Assembly (NCBI GenBank): GCA_045658565.1 | Contig: JAZOVF010000031.1 | Span: forward strand, 64,222 to 128,221 | Origin: Eubacteriales bacterium | GTDB lineage: Bacteria > Bacillota > Clostridia > Oscillospirales > CAG-272 | Reading direction: 5' to 3' | Length of the DNA stretch: 64,000 nt | Shown here: one piece after another, positions 35,324 through 45,993 of the stretch | How positions within the stretch are numbered: position 1 is the stretch's first letter | How the letters are laid out: every line of letters starts with the position of its first letter | Translations under genes and position numbers: made by a program | Notes under the pieces: model-generated | Database searches by the model: none | What the model was told of the DNA's origin: nothing | The model's input: the letters and a program-made list of their open reading frames with translations, nothing else

Positions 35324-35701
35324 TTATGACAGGATAGCTTTTATCCGCTCTATTATCTCGGGGGAATGCTCAATAAGCGAGGCTATCCTGTCAACCTCAC
35401 CGCCCGAGGGGTTAATGTGTATAAGATTTATTTCGGCATCTCTGCCAACGGTTAAAAAGGCAACAGGGGTAATAGAAAGTCCTGTTCCGCCTCCACCGCC
35501 AAAGTTCTGAGAGCCTCCGGGCTTTCCGCCCGCATAATCAACACCGCCTGTGGCAATTCCCATAGACACCTTTGAAACAGGTATAACCGTAACACCCGAG
35601 GGTGTGTTTATTGCTCCGCCTATAACGGTATCCATATCTGTAAAGCTCTTAATTCCGTCAAGTGATGCCTTTATAATATCACCCATTTTTGTTTCCGACA
35701 T
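35324..35701 (-). CDS. ytfJ: sporulation protein YtfJ / GerW family
   Basis: ORF 35324..35731 trimmed to ATG35701 (GAGAGG SD). It has a Gly-rich core GGGGTGLSITPVAFL typical of the GerW family. Confidence 0.8.
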   Translation of the reverse strand: MSETKMGDIIKASLDGIKSFTDMDTVIGGAINTPSGVTVIPVSKVSMGIATGGVDYAGGKPGGSQNFGGGGGTGLSITPVAFLTVGRDAEINLIHINPSGGEVDRIASLIEHSPEIIERIKAILS

Positions 35702-36221
35702 AAGATAACCTCTCGCTTTTCTTTTTTTCAAAATATACGTCAGCTCTTATAGCGATTACAGTATATAAAAGACGTATCAGAGGTGTTCTTAGTACAAGGT
35801 GATATAAAGATTTGTCTTCTTCGTCGCTTTCTGAAAGCGTTAACTCCTTTGAAAGACTTGAAAGATATGCCAAAGCAAGGTAATTTATAGTCTTATTAGC
35901 CGAGAAAAAAGGAATTTCAAAGGGGCTTTGCGGCTCGGGAAAAACAGGAATGCAAAGCCTCTTTACCTCAACCCGAGAGTAGGAGAGAAGCCCTGTTATT
36001 CTGTTATAAATTCTATGGCGGAGCTTTATTTTTTCTCTGTTTTTGCTTTTTGTCTGTTTTTTTGATTTGGATTTTTCTCTGTTGTATAAAGTGATGGCGA
36101 AAAACACCAAATCCACACGAATTACAAGGTAATCATGCCTGATAACCGTAACAAGGCACTCCCTTGTCAGAATGAAGATTACAGCGGTGAAAAGTGAAAG
36201 AAAAATATATAACCCCGCCAT
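35679..36221 (-). CDS. DUF2953-like sporulation membrane protein (YtfI-like)
   Basis: 180-aa ORF with an N-terminal TM helix, located immediately upstream of ytfJ as in other Firmicutes. Confidence 0.55.
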   Translation of the reverse strand: MAGLYIFLSLFTAVIFILTRECLVTVIRHDYLVIRVDLVFFAITLYNREKSKSKKQTKSKNREKIKLRHRIYNRITGLLSYSRVEVKRLCIPVFPEPQSPFEIPFFSANKTINYLALAYLSSLSKELTLSESDEEDKSLYHLVLRTPLIRLLYTVIAIRADVYFEKKKSERLSYVGNKNG

Positions 36222-36240
36222 ATATCTCCTTGTTTAAAAT

Positions 36241-37047
36241 TTAATCAACTACGGTTATGTCGTCCTCGGCAGATGGCTCGTTATCCATAAGCGCCATAGC
36301 ATCAACTACATCACCCGCCATATCGCTTATAGCATCAAGGGTCTCACTGTCAGCAGGTGAAACTGCAGGCGCATCCTCGGCAAAGTCTATCTCCTCCTGA
36401 ATGCACTCGCTGTCAGGGGTTCCGCGCTTAGCCTTTGCAAACATCTCCTGAATCTCCTCGGGAGTTCTTGGCAGAGATGAAATATCCTTTATTCCAAAGG
36501 AGCGTAAGAAGTCAGAGGTGGTGCCGTAAAGCATAGGTCTGCCGGGTGCGTCAAGACGTCCCTTTGATTCAATAAGTCCGCGGTCGATAAGATTGTTCAT
36601 AGCATACGATGAATCGGCACGACGCAGGGTATCAACAAAGGCGCGTGTTACGGGCTGGTTGTATGCAACAATAGCAAGAGCCTCAAGAGAGGAGGTAGAA
36701 AGTGTTCCGCTCTTCTTAATTCCCAAAGCCTCGCGTATCTCGTGCAGATAGTACTGCTTTGTGCAAAGCTGGCAGGATTCGCCGTATGTAAGAAGAATAA
36801 CGCCTCTCGGTATTTCGGGATTGTTATATTTCATTGAGTAGTCGATAACCTTTTCCTTAACCTTGACGGGCGTTGTATCAAAAACTCTGGCAAGGGTTGC
36901 GTATGTAATAGGATGTCCTGCCGCAAAAAGTATTGCCTCAAGAGCCTCTTCAAATACAATAACTCTTTCAATAATTTCTTCGTTTTCCTGTGAGCCTGAT
37001 GCTACATTAGGCTCATCGGCTATTGCTTCCTTTATTTCTTCACTCAT
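36241..37047 (-). CDS. scpB: segregation and condensation protein B
   Basis: 268-aa ORF with LEAILFAAGHPITY, LEALAIVAYNQPVTR and GRPMLYGTT, plus an acidic C-terminal tail. Confidence 0.9.
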   Translation of the reverse strand: MSEEIKEAIADEPNVASGSQENEEIIERVIVFEEALEAILFAAGHPITYATLARVFDTTPVKVKEKVIDYSMKYNNPEIPRGVILLTYGESCQLCTKQYYLHEIREALGIKKSGTLSTSSLEALAIVAYNQPVTRAFVDTLRRADSSYAMNNLIDRGLIESKGRLDAPGRPMLYGTTSDFLRSFGIKDISSLPRTPEEIQEMFAKAKRGTPDSECIQEEIDFAEDAPAVSPADSETLDAISDMAGDVVDAMALMDNEPSAEDDITVVD

Positions 37048-37883
37048 TTGTCATTTTCCTTTTCTTTTTCTTCATCATCAGAAGGGGGCGGGGCATCAAA
37101 CTCACTTTCTTCGCCCTCGCCGGGAACATAATCGGGATTAAGCCTGAAGCTCATCTCAAGTCCCTGTTCCTCGTATTCAATAACGTCCTCAATAACTCTG
37201 ACGTTTGTTATATTGATTCTTCCAAGCTTGATAAGCTCCAGCACGCCCATAAAGCGCGCAACAAGCTCGGCTCTTGAGTCTGCATCCTTGAGCAGGAAGA
37301 AGAGAGAAGCCTCATCCCTTGTTTCAAGAATAGCACAAATCTCTTCAATCTTTTCTTCAACCGAGACAACCTTGTGCTTGATAAGAGGATTAACAAGCTC
37401 TGAGGGAGCTTTAATGGTTTCGGCAACCTTCATTCTCTTCATAACCGAGCTTAACGCCTTGATAAGCAGCTCGGTGTCGAGATTTAAGGGTAAGCCCTTT
37501 TCGGGCGGAATATCGTCCATTCCCTTAACAAATCGGCCAGAGAATTCCTCGTACATAGGACGCATCTCCTTTGCCGCCTCCTTTGCCTGCTGGTAAAGAA
37601 GAAGCGCATCGGCAATTTCACGTCTTGGGTCATTCTCTGTACCCTCCTCGTGAGGGAGAAGCATCTTGCTCTTAATAAGCATAAGCTCGCTTGCCATAAC
37701 TATAAACTCGCTGGCAATATCGGGGTCCATCTTCTGAGCCTCATTGATATATTCAACATACTGGTCGCATATAAGAGCTATCGGTATATCGGTAATACTC
37801 ACCTTGTTTTTGCCAATAAGGGTCAGAAGAAGATCAAGGGGACCTTCAAACTGGTCAAGGCGGTATGTTAACTGTTCAATCAT
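37044..37883 (-). CDS. scpA: segregation and condensation protein A
   Basis: 279-aa ORF with FEGPLDLLLTLI at the N-terminus. Overlaps scpB by 4 nt. Confidence 0.9.
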   Translation of the reverse strand: MIEQLTYRLDQFEGPLDLLLTLIGKNKVSITDIPIALICDQYVEYINEAQKMDPDIASEFIVMASELMLIKSKMLLPHEEGTENDPRREIADALLLYQQAKEAAKEMRPMYEEFSGRFVKGMDDIPPEKGLPLNLDTELLIKALSSVMKRMKVAETIKAPSELVNPLIKHKVVSVEEKIEEICAILETRDEASLFFLLKDADSRAELVARFMGVLELIKLGRINITNVRVIEDVIEYEEQGLEMSFRLNPDYVPGEGEESEFDAPPPSDDEEKEKENDK

Positions 37884-37903
37884 AATGCAATCCTTTCACA
37901 GAT

Positions 37904-38632
37904 TCAAATAAAGAAAAGCCAGAAATCCAGCATTTTGTCGGCAATAAAGCCGATAGCATATCCAAGCATATCCGAGAGGGAGAGTACTCCCGCAATATTA
38001 TAGAGCAGGGGATTTGAGGCAACAAAGGGAAGACTTCTTAATCCCATAGCCGCATAGTCGCCGAGAAGCAGCCAGCCGAGAACGCCGAAGTATATCTGTC
38101 TTTCATACCTCATAATGCCGAAATAGATTTTAGGCGGGAAAATAACATTAAGCAGTCTTGAGCCGTCAAAGGGAGGAACAGGCAAAAGGTTGAATATTCC
38201 GAGTCCTACATTGACAGAGAAGAAAATGCTAAGAAAGAGAAGCAGATTTTGCGCTAAGGTGAGATGCATCTCGCTCTTGAAATCCATTACGGCAAAGGTG
38301 TTCCACACAAAAACATATATGCCCGAGAACACAAATGCAAGAATGAGGTTGGAGAGAGGCCCAGCCAGGGCTGATATGGCAAAATCTCTTTTTGGATTTT
38401 TAAAGTTACGCGCATTTATCGGTACGGGCTTTGCCCAACCCACATGGAAAAACAGCATACACAAGGCACCGATAGGGTCGATATGCTTTATGGGGTTAAG
38501 TGTCAGACGTCCAAAGTTTTTAGCAGTATCATCGCCTAACTTGTATGCTGCATAGGCGTGGGAATACTCGTGTATAGCAAGTGTAATAAGCACTGCCAGA
38601 GCGGTAAGTATAAGTTCAGCAGGATCAAACAT
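37904..38632 (-). CDS. site-2 protease (M50) family membrane metalloprotease
   Basis: 242-aa multi-TM ORF with the HExxH motif (IHEYSHAYAA) and a later PPFDGS motif. Confidence 0.8.
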   Translation of the reverse strand: MFDPAELILTALAVLITLAIHEYSHAYAAYKLGDDTAKNFGRLTLNPIKHIDPIGALCMLFFHVGWAKPVPINARNFKNPKRDFAISALAGPLSNLILAFVFSGIYVFVWNTFAVMDFKSEMHLTLAQNLLLFLSIFFSVNVGLGIFNLLPVPPFDGSRLLNVIFPPKIYFGIMRYERQIYFGVLGWLLLGDYAAMGLRSLPFVASNPLLYNIAGVLSLSDMLGYAIGFIADKMLDFWLFFI

Positions 38633-38681
38633 CTTTTAATTTACCTTCTTATTTTGAGCAAAAATCAAAGAAATATGTAGA

Positions 38682-39281
38682 TTAAAATGCCGCATCTGAA
38701 ATTGTTTTCCAAAGCTCGTCGCGTCCCTCGCAGCTGACAGAGGAGAAGGGAAGAATTTTAATTCCCGTGCCCTTAAAGAACTCCTCTTCAAGCTCCTCGA
38801 GCCTGTTTTTCAGGGCGGTCTTTGATAGCTTGTCCGTCTTTGTCGCAACAACGGTAAAGGGAATAGAACGGTCTATCATCATATTTATCATCATAATATC
38901 ATCATCCGAGGGGCCTGTGCGGATGTCTATAAGCTGAATAACCAGCTTTAATGCATCCTGAGAGGGATTTTTCACAAAAAAATCCTCGGTAAGGGTGCTC
39001 CATGAACGCTTTGAGTCCTGTGAACGCTTTGCATATCCGTAACCCGGGAGGTCAACAAGATAAAGCTTTTTATCAACATCGTAGTAGTTTATTGTTATTG
39101 TTTTTCCCGGCGCGGAAGAAACTCTGGCAAGAGACTTTCTTCCAAGGAGTGTATTTATAAGAGAGCTTTTTCCTACATTAGACCTGCCCGAGAGAGCAAC
39201 CTCGGGCTTTGGGTCCTTTGGGAACTGCTTTTGATGTCCCACCGTCAGGGCAAGGGATGCATTGTTTGTATTGATTTTCAT
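38682..39281 (-). CDS. engB: ribosome biogenesis GTPase YsxC/EngB
   Basis: ORF 38682..39338 trimmed to ATG39281, because the N-terminus MKINT... aligns with the YsxC type. G1 motif GRSNVGKSSLIN and G4 motif TKTDK. Confidence 0.85.
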   Translation of the reverse strand: MKINTNNASLALTVGHQKQFPKDPKPEVALSGRSNVGKSSLINTLLGRKSLARVSSAPGKTITINYYDVDKKLYLVDLPGYGYAKRSQDSKRSWSTLTEDFFVKNPSQDALKLVIQLIDIRTGPSDDDIMMINMMIDRSIPFTVVATKTDKLSKTALKNRLEELEEEFFKGTGIKILPFSSVSCEGRDELWKTISDAAF

Positions 39282-39300
39282 AGCCTTTTTCTGCCTTGGT

Positions 39301-41643
39301 TTATTTGTTTTCCGAAAGAGCCGCACCCAGCACATCATCTGCCGACTTGCAGGTGATAAAGCTTAAGTGACTCTTTGCCTCGGTGTCAATATCGTCAAGA
39401 TCTCTGAGATTCTCCTCGGGGATAAGAACGGTAGAAATGCCTGCTCTGTATGCAGCAAGTGTCTTTTCCTTAAGACCACCGATAGGCAAAACCATGCCTC
39501 TTAATGTGATTTCACCTGTCATAGCAACATCACGCTTAACCGGAATGCCCGACAGTGCGCTGACAATGGCAGTGACCATAGTAACACCGGCTGAGGGGCC
39601 GTCTTTGGGAATAGCTCCCTCGGGGAAGTGAATGTGTATATCCTTTTCCTTATAGAAGTCCTTTTCTATACCGTATTTGTCGGTAACGGTGCGTACGTAG
39701 GAATGAGCAATTTTTGCCGACTCCTTCATAACGTCGCCAAGTGAGCCTGTAAGCTCAATTTTACCGCTTCCGGGCATAACAGCAACCTCAACCTTAAGCA
39801 TGTCGCCTCCTGCCTGAGTGTAGGCAAGGCCGTTAACAACACCAACAGGGTCCTTTTCGTCTAATCTTTCGGGCAGGACCTTGATTTTTCCAAGGAAATC
39901 TACAAGATTTTTTTCTGTAATCTTAACAGATTTGCATTGGCCCTCGGCAATTTTCTTTGCGCTCTTGCGGATAAGAGAAGCAATTTCTCTTTCAAGATTT
40001 CTGACACCTGCCTCGCGGGTATAGCCCTTGATAAGAGCCATAATTCCGTCGTCGGTAATCTTAAACATTCTGCCGTTTATACCATTGCGCTTCATCTGCT
40101 TCGGAACAAGGTGATTCTTGGCAATCTGTAATTTCTCCGAATCGGTGTATGTAGAAAGCTCAATAATCTCCATACGGTCAAGAAGCGGGGCGGGAATACC
40201 GTCATAGCTGTTTGCGGTTGCAATAAAGAGGGTGTCAGAGAGGTCTATGGAAATTTCCATAAAGTTATCTCTGAAGGTCTTGTTTTGCTCAGGGTCAAGA
40301 ACCTCAAGGAGGGCAGAGGTTGGGTCGCCTCTGAAGTTTGATGACATCTTATCAATTTCATCAAGCACTATAACAGGGTTTTCAACTCCTGCGCCTATAA
40401 GAGCGGTAACAATTCGGCCCGGCATAGCGCCAACATAGGTTTTTCTGTGACCTCTTATTTCTGCTTCGTCGTGCATACCTCCGAGAGAAACACGTGAATA
40501 CTTTCTTCCAAGCGCTCTTGCAACAGATGCGGCAACAGATGTTTTACCAACACCGGGAGGGCCGACAAGGCAAATTATCTGGTTCTTTATATCGGGTGAG
40601 AACTGCTTAACAGCAACAAATTCAAGAATTCTTTCCTTAACCTTATCGAGTCCGTCATGGTCGGTGTCAAGTATCTTTTTAGCCGCTGCAACAGTAACCT
40701 CGTCGGTAGTCTTTTTACCAAAGGGGAAGTCAAGACAGGTGTCAAGATAAGCTCTTATAACCGAGCCTTCTGCCGCACCAAATGGAGTTTTAGCAAGCTT
40801 TGAAAGCTCCTTGTAGAGCTTTTCTCTTACCTCCTCGGGCATCTTAGCCTTAGCTATTCTTTCGTCATACTCGTGTATCTCGTCATCCTCGTCCTCAACT
40901 CCAAGCTCCGACTGGATAGCCTTTATCTGTTCTCTGAGGAAATAATCCTTTTGGCTTTTATCTATCTTTGCGCGTACCTGTCGCTGAATATCATGCTCAC
41001 ATTCAAGAAGCATTCTTTCTTCCTCAAGAGCAACCAGTAGCTTTTCGAGTCGGTTTTTCGGAGTAAGCGCATCCAGCACCGACTGCTTGTTTTTATAATC
41101 AATCAGGGCAGAGGAGGCAACAAAGTCTGCAAAGTAGCCGGGGGCGGTAATAGCCTCGGCAGCAAGACGCAGCTCCTCATCGAATGTGGGATGAATATTT
41201 TTAATATCGCTGAGTATAGCCTTTATCTCAGCCATCATAGCCTCGCACTGGGTAGAGGGCTTGAAGCTCTCCTTTTCCTTTTTTGCTACAGCCGTTGCAA
41301 TCATAAAGCCGGCACTGTCTAGGGTTATTTCTTCAATTTTCGCACGGTATTTGCCTTCAAACACAACCGAGAGATTGCCCTGAGGATTTTTTACCACATG
41401 CTTGATTTCCGCAACAACACCGATGCGCGATAGGTCTTGAGGCTTCGGGTCATCAACAGCTATATCCTTTTGCGAAACGAGAAGCACGTGAGCGTCGTGC
41501 ATTGTTGCCCCCGCGGTAAAAGCCTTAAGTGAAACAGTGCGGACAATTTCAATGCTCAACTGTACACCCGGGAAGCCAACCATTCCTCTCAGAGGTATAA
41601 GCGGCAGCTTAACATCCTCAAATATATCTATATGCTCTGACAT
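39301..41643 (-). CDS. lon: ATP-dependent endopeptidase La (Lon)
   Basis: 780-aa ORF with a LON N-domain, Walker [10 protein letters not shown] and the protease site [10 protein letters not shown]. Confidence 0.97.
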   Translation of the reverse strand: MSEHIDIFEDVKLPLIPLRGMVGFPGVQLSIEIVRTVSLKAFTAGATMHDAHVLLVSQKDIAVDDPKPQDLSRIGVVAEIKHVVKNPQGNLSVVFEGKYRAKIEEITLDSAGFMIATAVAKKEKESFKPSTQCEAMMAEIKAILSDIKNIHPTFDEELRLAAEAITAPGYFADFVASSALIDYKNKQSVLDALTPKNRLEKLLVALEEERMLLECEHDIQRQVRAKIDKSQKDYFLREQIKAIQSELGVEDEDDEIHEYDERIAKAKMPEEVREKLYKELSKLAKTPFGAAEGSVIRAYLDTCLDFPFGKKTTDEVTVAAAKKILDTDHDGLDKVKERILEFVAVKQFSPDIKNQIICLVGPPGVGKTSVAASVARALGRKYSRVSLGGMHDEAEIRGHRKTYVGAMPGRIVTALIGAGVENPVIVLDEIDKMSSNFRGDPTSALLEVLDPEQNKTFRDNFMEISIDLSDTLFIATANSYDGIPAPLLDRMEIIELSTYTDSEKLQIAKNHLVPKQMKRNGINGRMFKITDDGIMALIKGYTREAGVRNLEREIASLIRKSAKKIAEGQCKSVKITEKNLVDFLGKIKVLPERLDEKDPVGVVNGLAYTQAGGDMLKVEVAVMPGSGKIELTGSLGDVMKESAKIAHSYVRTVTDKYGIEKDFYKEKDIHIHFPEGAIPKDGPSAGVTMVTAIVSALSGIPVKRDVAMTGEITLRGMVLPIGGLKEKTLAAYRAGISTVLIPEENLRDLDDIDTEAKSHLSFITCKSADDVLGAALSENK

Positions 41644-41842
41644 TCTTTGTACCTTCCTTTGCTAGAGAGACACTATGCAGCTTGGCTTTTTTAGACCAAA
41701 AAATGCCTTTAATCAGCACAAGCGCATATAAATCCATGTTATCATTTTACTATTATAGCATATAACTTAAAAAAAATCCACCCTAAATTATAATTTTTAC
41801 AAAATATTAAAAGTAATTTTATAGTAAAGTTTGCTATTACAA

Positions 41843-41871
41843 TTGACTAGCGCGACTTTTTGTGGTATAAT
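41843..41871 (+). promoter_or_regulatory. promoter TTGACT-17nt-TATAAT
   Basis: The -35 box is at 41843-41848 and the -10 box at 41866-41871. It overlaps the tracked ATG41860, which supports the ruvC start at 41914. Confidence 0.6.
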
Positions 41872-41913
41872 ACTCTATTAGAAACAAGAAAAATATGGAA
41901 AGGGACGGCTTTT

Positions 41914-42414
41914 ATGAGAATTCTTGGTATCGACCCGGGACTTGCGATAGTCGGCTGGGCGGTGCTTGAAAGCGACAGACGGGGTGTAACACCTGTTGCC
42001 TTCGGCGCTATTACAACACCTGCTCATACAGAAATAGAATCAAGGCTTTTTATCATAAAGCAGGACCTTGAGGAAATAATAAAAAAGTATCAGCCTGAGG
42101 AAATGGCAATAGAGGAGCTGTTCTTTAACACAAATATAACAACGGGTATTGCGGTTGCAGAGGCAAGAGGAGTTATTCTCTGTACGGCTCATGCTCTCGG
42201 AGTTAAAATAAGCGAATATACCCCCTTGCAGGTAAAGCAGGCAGTGGTAGGCTACGGCAGGGCAGAAAAGCAACAGGTTATCTCAATGGTAACAACTATT
42301 CTTAAGCTAAAAAGCCCGCCAAAGCCCGACGATACGGCAGACGCTGTGGCAATAGCTATCTGTCATTCCCAGTGCCGTGGCTCGGCTATGGGAAAATACT
42401 TTAATCAGAGATAG
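41914..42414 (+). CDS. ruvC: crossover junction endodeoxyribonuclease RuvC
   Basis: ORF trimmed to MRILGIDPGLAIVGW. Also has the EELFFNTN and DAADAVAIAICH motifs. Confidence 0.9.
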   Translation: MRILGIDPGLAIVGWAVLESDRRGVTPVAFGAITTPAHTEIESRLFIIKQDLEEIIKKYQPEEMAIEELFFNTNITTGIAVAEARGVILCTAHALGVKISEYTPLQVKQAVVGYGRAEKQQVISMVTTILKLKSPPKPDDTADAVAIAICHSQCRGSAMGKYFNQR

Positions 42415-42462
42415 GCGACCTTGTGTAAAGGGAGCTGTCGCAGAATGCGACTGAGGGATTGC
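42415..42462 (+). repeat. unit U9 (variant B: ...TTGTGTAAAGGGAG-hairpin-CTGAGGGATTGC)
   Basis: ggcgaccttgtgtaaagggagct-GTCGCagaatGCGAC-tgagggattgc, starting directly after the ruvC TAG stop. Confidence 0.7.
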
Positions 42463-42487
42463 TTCGTGAAGGAAAGGATTTACAATT

Positions 42488-43354
42488 ATGTGGCTCGCAG
42501 ATAAATGGAAAGATTATACAGTAATCGACACCTCGGGTGGCGAAAAGCTTGAGCGATGGGGAAAATATACACTTGTGCGCCCCGACCCCCAGGTTATATG
42601 GAATACAGATAAAAAAGATCCCCTCTGGCGAGGAGCTGATGCCAGCTACAGGCGTTCTTCATCCGGTGGAGGCAAGTGGAGCGAGAACAAGCTCCCCGAG
42701 AGCTGGGTAATATCCTACGGAGAGCTGAAATTCCTTATTAAGCCTATGGGCTTTAAGCACACAGGTCTTTTCCCCGAGCAGGCGGCAAACTGGGATTGGT
42801 TCTCGGAGCTTATAAGAGGTGCGGGCAGACCTATAAAGGTGCTTAACCTTTTTGCTTATACAGGCGGCGCAACAGTTGCTGCGGCAAAGGCAGGGGCGCA
42901 GGTCGTTCACGTTGATGCATCAAAGGGAATGGTTGCCCAGGCTAAGGAGAACGCAAGGCTTTCCGGACTTTCGGAAGCTCCCATAAGGTACATAGTAGAC
43001 GATTGTAAGAAGTTTGTGGAGCGTGAGATACGTCGCGGAAATAAGTATGACGGAATAATTATGGACCCGCCCTCATACGGCAGAGGCCCTACAGGCGAGG
43101 TGTGGAAGATTGAAGAAAATATCGATGAGTTTGTTGAGCTTGTCAGCGGTGTTCTCTCGGACGAGCCGCTCTTCTTCCTCCTTAATTCCTACACGACAGG
43201 CCTCTCGGCTTCGACAATGAAGTATATTACCTCTGTTCGTCTTTTGTCTAAAAAGAACGGATATTCTGAGGCAGACGAGCTTGGGCTGCCTGTAAAAAAT
43301 ACAGGTCTTGCGCTTCCTTGCGGCTCAAGCGTTCGAGTAACCTTTAAGAAATAA
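42488..43354 (+). CDS. class I SAM-dependent (RlmI/RlmK-like) methyltransferase
   Basis: 288-aa ORF with the SAM-binding motif VLNLFAYTGGATVAAA and motif IV IIMDPPSYGRG. Confidence 0.75.
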   Translation: MWLADKWKDYTVIDTSGGEKLERWGKYTLVRPDPQVIWNTDKKDPLWRGADASYRRSSSGGGKWSENKLPESWVISYGELKFLIKPMGFKHTGLFPEQAANWDWFSELIRGAGRPIKVLNLFAYTGGATVAAAKAGAQVVHVDASKGMVAQAKENARLSGLSEAPIRYIVDDCKKFVEREIRRGNKYDGIIMDPPSYGRGPTGEVWKIEENIDEFVELVSGVLSDEPLFFLLNSYTTGLSASTMKYITSVRLLSKKNGYSEADELGLPVKNTGLALPCGSSVRVTFKK

Positions 43355-43366
43355 GAAAGAAAAGTA

Positions 43367-44251
43367 ATGAGTGAAGTAATTATAAAAACAGAAGATCTCG
43401 GCTACACCTATGTAGACAGCATTGATGACGATATTGTAAAGGTTGATGAAATGCCTGCACTCAGAGGTGTAAGTCTTGAGATAAAGAGAGGCGAGTATGT
43501 TGCCGTTCTCGGACACAACGGCTCGGGCAAATCCACTTTTGCAAAGCTAATCAATATGATACTTACTCCGACTGTTGGAAAGATATATATAGACGGAGTT
43601 GACATTACCCGCGAGGACTTTACAGAGACGGACGTTTTTGATATCAGACGCAAGGTGGGAATGGTGTTCCAAAATCCCGACAATCAGCTCGTTGCTACGG
43701 TTGTTGAGGAGGATGTTGCCTTTGGTCCCGAGAATCTCGGGCTTCCGAGAGAGGAAATTCGCAGACGTGTGGACTCGGCTCTTTTAACTGTTGGAATGAC
43801 CGAATATATAAAGCACGCGCCTCACAAGCTCTCGGGCGGACAAAAGCAGAGGGTTGCAATAGCGGGAATTATAGCAATGAAGCCCGAAATTATAATCTTT
43901 GACGAGTCCACCGCAATGCTTGACCCGCAGGGACGAGCAGAGGTTATTGAGATTATGGAACGCTTAAACCGTGAAGAGGGAATAACCGTTTTGAATATTA
44001 CCCACTATATGGACGAGGCGGCAAGAGCCGACAGAGTAGTGGTTATCAACGACGGTGAGCTGATAATGGACGGCACAGCAAGAGAGGTATTTAAAAATGT
44101 TGAGCTTCTCCATTCGGTTGGTCTTGAGGCAACTCAGGGGGCTGAGCTTATTTCGTCGCTTGCAGAATGCGGTGTAAATATTTCGGGTGAGAGCCTGACT
44201 CTTGACGAAACGGTTGAAACTCTTGCAAACTACATTTTAAGGAAAAAGTAA
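43367..44251 (+). CDS. ecfA1: ECF transporter ATPase EcfA1
   Basis: 294-aa ORF with Walker A GHNGSGKST, signature LSGGQKQRVAIAG and Walker B IIIFDEST. Confidence 0.9.
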   Translation: MSEVIIKTEDLGYTYVDSIDDDIVKVDEMPALRGVSLEIKRGEYVAVLGHNGSGKSTFAKLINMILTPTVGKIYIDGVDITREDFTETDVFDIRRKVGMVFQNPDNQLVATVVEEDVAFGPENLGLPREEIRRRVDSALLTVGMTEYIKHAPHKLSGGQKQRVAIAGIIAMKPEIIIFDESTAMLDPQGRAEVIEIMERLNREEGITVLNITHYMDEAARADRVVVINDGELIMDGTAREVFKNVELLHSVGLEATQGAELISSLAECGVNISGESLTLDETVETLANYILRKK

Positions 44252-44258
44252 AAGAAAA

Positions 44259-45122
44259 ATGAGTAACATTCTGGAACTGAAAGACGTTTCATTCGTATAT
44301 TCCGAGGGCACGCCTTTTAGAAAGATTGCCTTGAATAAAGTTAATATATCCTTTGAGCGTGGAAAGATTACAGGACTTATCGGCCACACAGGCTCGGGTA
44401 AATCCACTCTGGTAAATCTTCTTAACGGCCTTTATAAGCCTACCTCCGGGCAGGTGCTTCTTGACGGAGTAGATATATGGGCTGAGCCGAAAAAAATCAG
44501 AGACGTAAGGTACAGGGTAGGTCTTGTTATGCAGTACCCGGAGTATCAGCTCTTTGACGAAACCGTAAGAGCCGATATTGGCTTTGCTCTTCGCAATAAG
44601 GGGCTGCCCGAGGCAGAAATCAGCGAGCGTGTTATCGAGGCTGCCCATTTTACGGGTATTGGCGATGACCTTCTTGACAAATCCCCCTTTGACCTTTCTG
44701 GCGGACAAAAGAGACGTGTTGCAATAGCGGGCATTATTGCTATGCGGCCTGATGTGCTTGTGCTTGATGAGCCTGCCGCAGGCCTTGACCCAAGGGGCAG
44801 ACGTGAAATTCTCGGAAGTCTGCATACCTATGCCGAAATGACAGGCGGCTCTGTAATCCTTGTCAGCCACTCTATGGAGGATATGGCTCACTATTGCGAT
44901 AACGTGGTGGTTATGAACCGCGCTGAGGTGTATAAATCAGGTACTGTTCGTGATATATTCTCCGAGGCAGAGGAGCTTTCTTCTGTCGGTCTTGATATCC
45001 CCATGACCTCAAAGGTCGCAAAAAGGCTTTCTGACATTGGAATTAAGCTTGAGGGCGACCTATATACGGTAGAAGGCATGCGTGATGCAATTCTTAGGTA
45101 TACAGGGGAGGTGAAAAAATGA
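44259..45122 (+). CDS. ecfA2: ECF transporter ATPase EcfA2
   Basis: 287-aa ORF with GHTGSGKST, LSGGQKRRVAIAG and VLVLDEPAAGLD. Confidence 0.9.
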   Translation: MSNILELKDVSFVYSEGTPFRKIALNKVNISFERGKITGLIGHTGSGKSTLVNLLNGLYKPTSGQVLLDGVDIWAEPKKIRDVRYRVGLVMQYPEYQLFDETVRADIGFALRNKGLPEAEISERVIEAAHFTGIGDDLLDKSPFDLSGGQKRRVAIAGIIAMRPDVLVLDEPAAGLDPRGRREILGSLHTYAEMTGGSVILVSHSMEDMAHYCDNVVVMNRAEVYKSGTVRDIFSEAEELSSVGLDIPMTSKVAKRLSDIGIKLEGDLYTVEGMRDAILRYTGEVKK

Positions 45123-45979
45123 TTTCAGATATCACTTTAGGCCAATTTTTCCCCGGCAATTCTGTAATACACAGGCTTGACCCAAGAACAAAAATTATAC
45201 TTGCCGTAGCTTTTATTGTGGCTGTGTTTTTCGCTAACAATCCTGTGGTATTTGTATTTTTGACACTCTCTGTTTGCCTGATGATTGCCCTCAGCCGTAT
45301 ATCCCTTAAGGTTGTGCTAAAGGGTATAAAGCCCATAATAATGATAATACTCTTTACAGCTCTCATCAATGTTTTTATGACAACAGGCGAGGGGGAGCCT
45401 CTTCTTGAATTCTGGATTATAAAAATTTATACCAGGGGAATTGTAAGAGCTGTGTTTATGGCAGTAAGAGTAATTCTGCTTATAATGGGCTCAAGCGTGC
45501 TGCTGACCTATACCACGTCTCCCATAGCCTTGACAGACGGCCTTGAATCGCTCCTTTCACCCTTAAAGGTAATAAAGCTTCCTGTTCACACCTTTGCTAT
45601 GATGATGTCAATAGCATTAAGGTTTATCCCAACTCTGGTTGAGGAAACCGAAAAAATCATGAATGCCCAGAAATCAAGGGGCGCGGATTTTTCAAACGGA
45701 AGCCTTGTTGAGAGAGCAAAGGCTCTTATACCTCTTCTTATTCCTCTGTTTGTTTCCTCGTTTAAGAGGGCGGAGGAGCTGGCAACGGCAATGGAATGCC
45801 GTTGTTACAGAGGTGACAAAAACCGTGTAAAGCTTAATAAGCTCGAATATCATGGCATAGACTATGCCTGGTTCTTGCTTTTTGCCATTTTTGTTTCTGC
45901 TCTTGTGTGCCTGTCGATATTACCTTATAGCTTTAACATTGACAATACACTATATAACATTCTGTTTTACAAAATCTGA
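45119..45979 (+). CDS. ecfT: ECF transporter transmembrane component EcfT
   Basis: 286-aa multi-TM ORF overlapping ecfA2 by 4 nt. CbiQ-type pattern (IHRLDPRTKI, ...AQKSRG...). Confidence 0.85.
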   Translation: MISDITLGQFFPGNSVIHRLDPRTKIILAVAFIVAVFFANNPVVFVFLTLSVCLMIALSRISLKVVLKGIKPIIMIILFTALINVFMTTGEGEPLLEFWIIKIYTRGIVRAVFMAVRVILLIMGSSVLLTYTTSPIALTDGLESLLSPLKVIKLPVHTFAMMMSIALRFIPTLVEETEKIMNAQKSRGADFSNGSLVERAKALIPLLIPLFVSSFKRAEELATAMECRCYRGDKNRVKLNKLEYHGIDYAWFLLFAIFVSALVCLSILPYSFNIDNTLYNILFYKI

Positions 45980-45993
45980 TTTTTAGAGGGTCT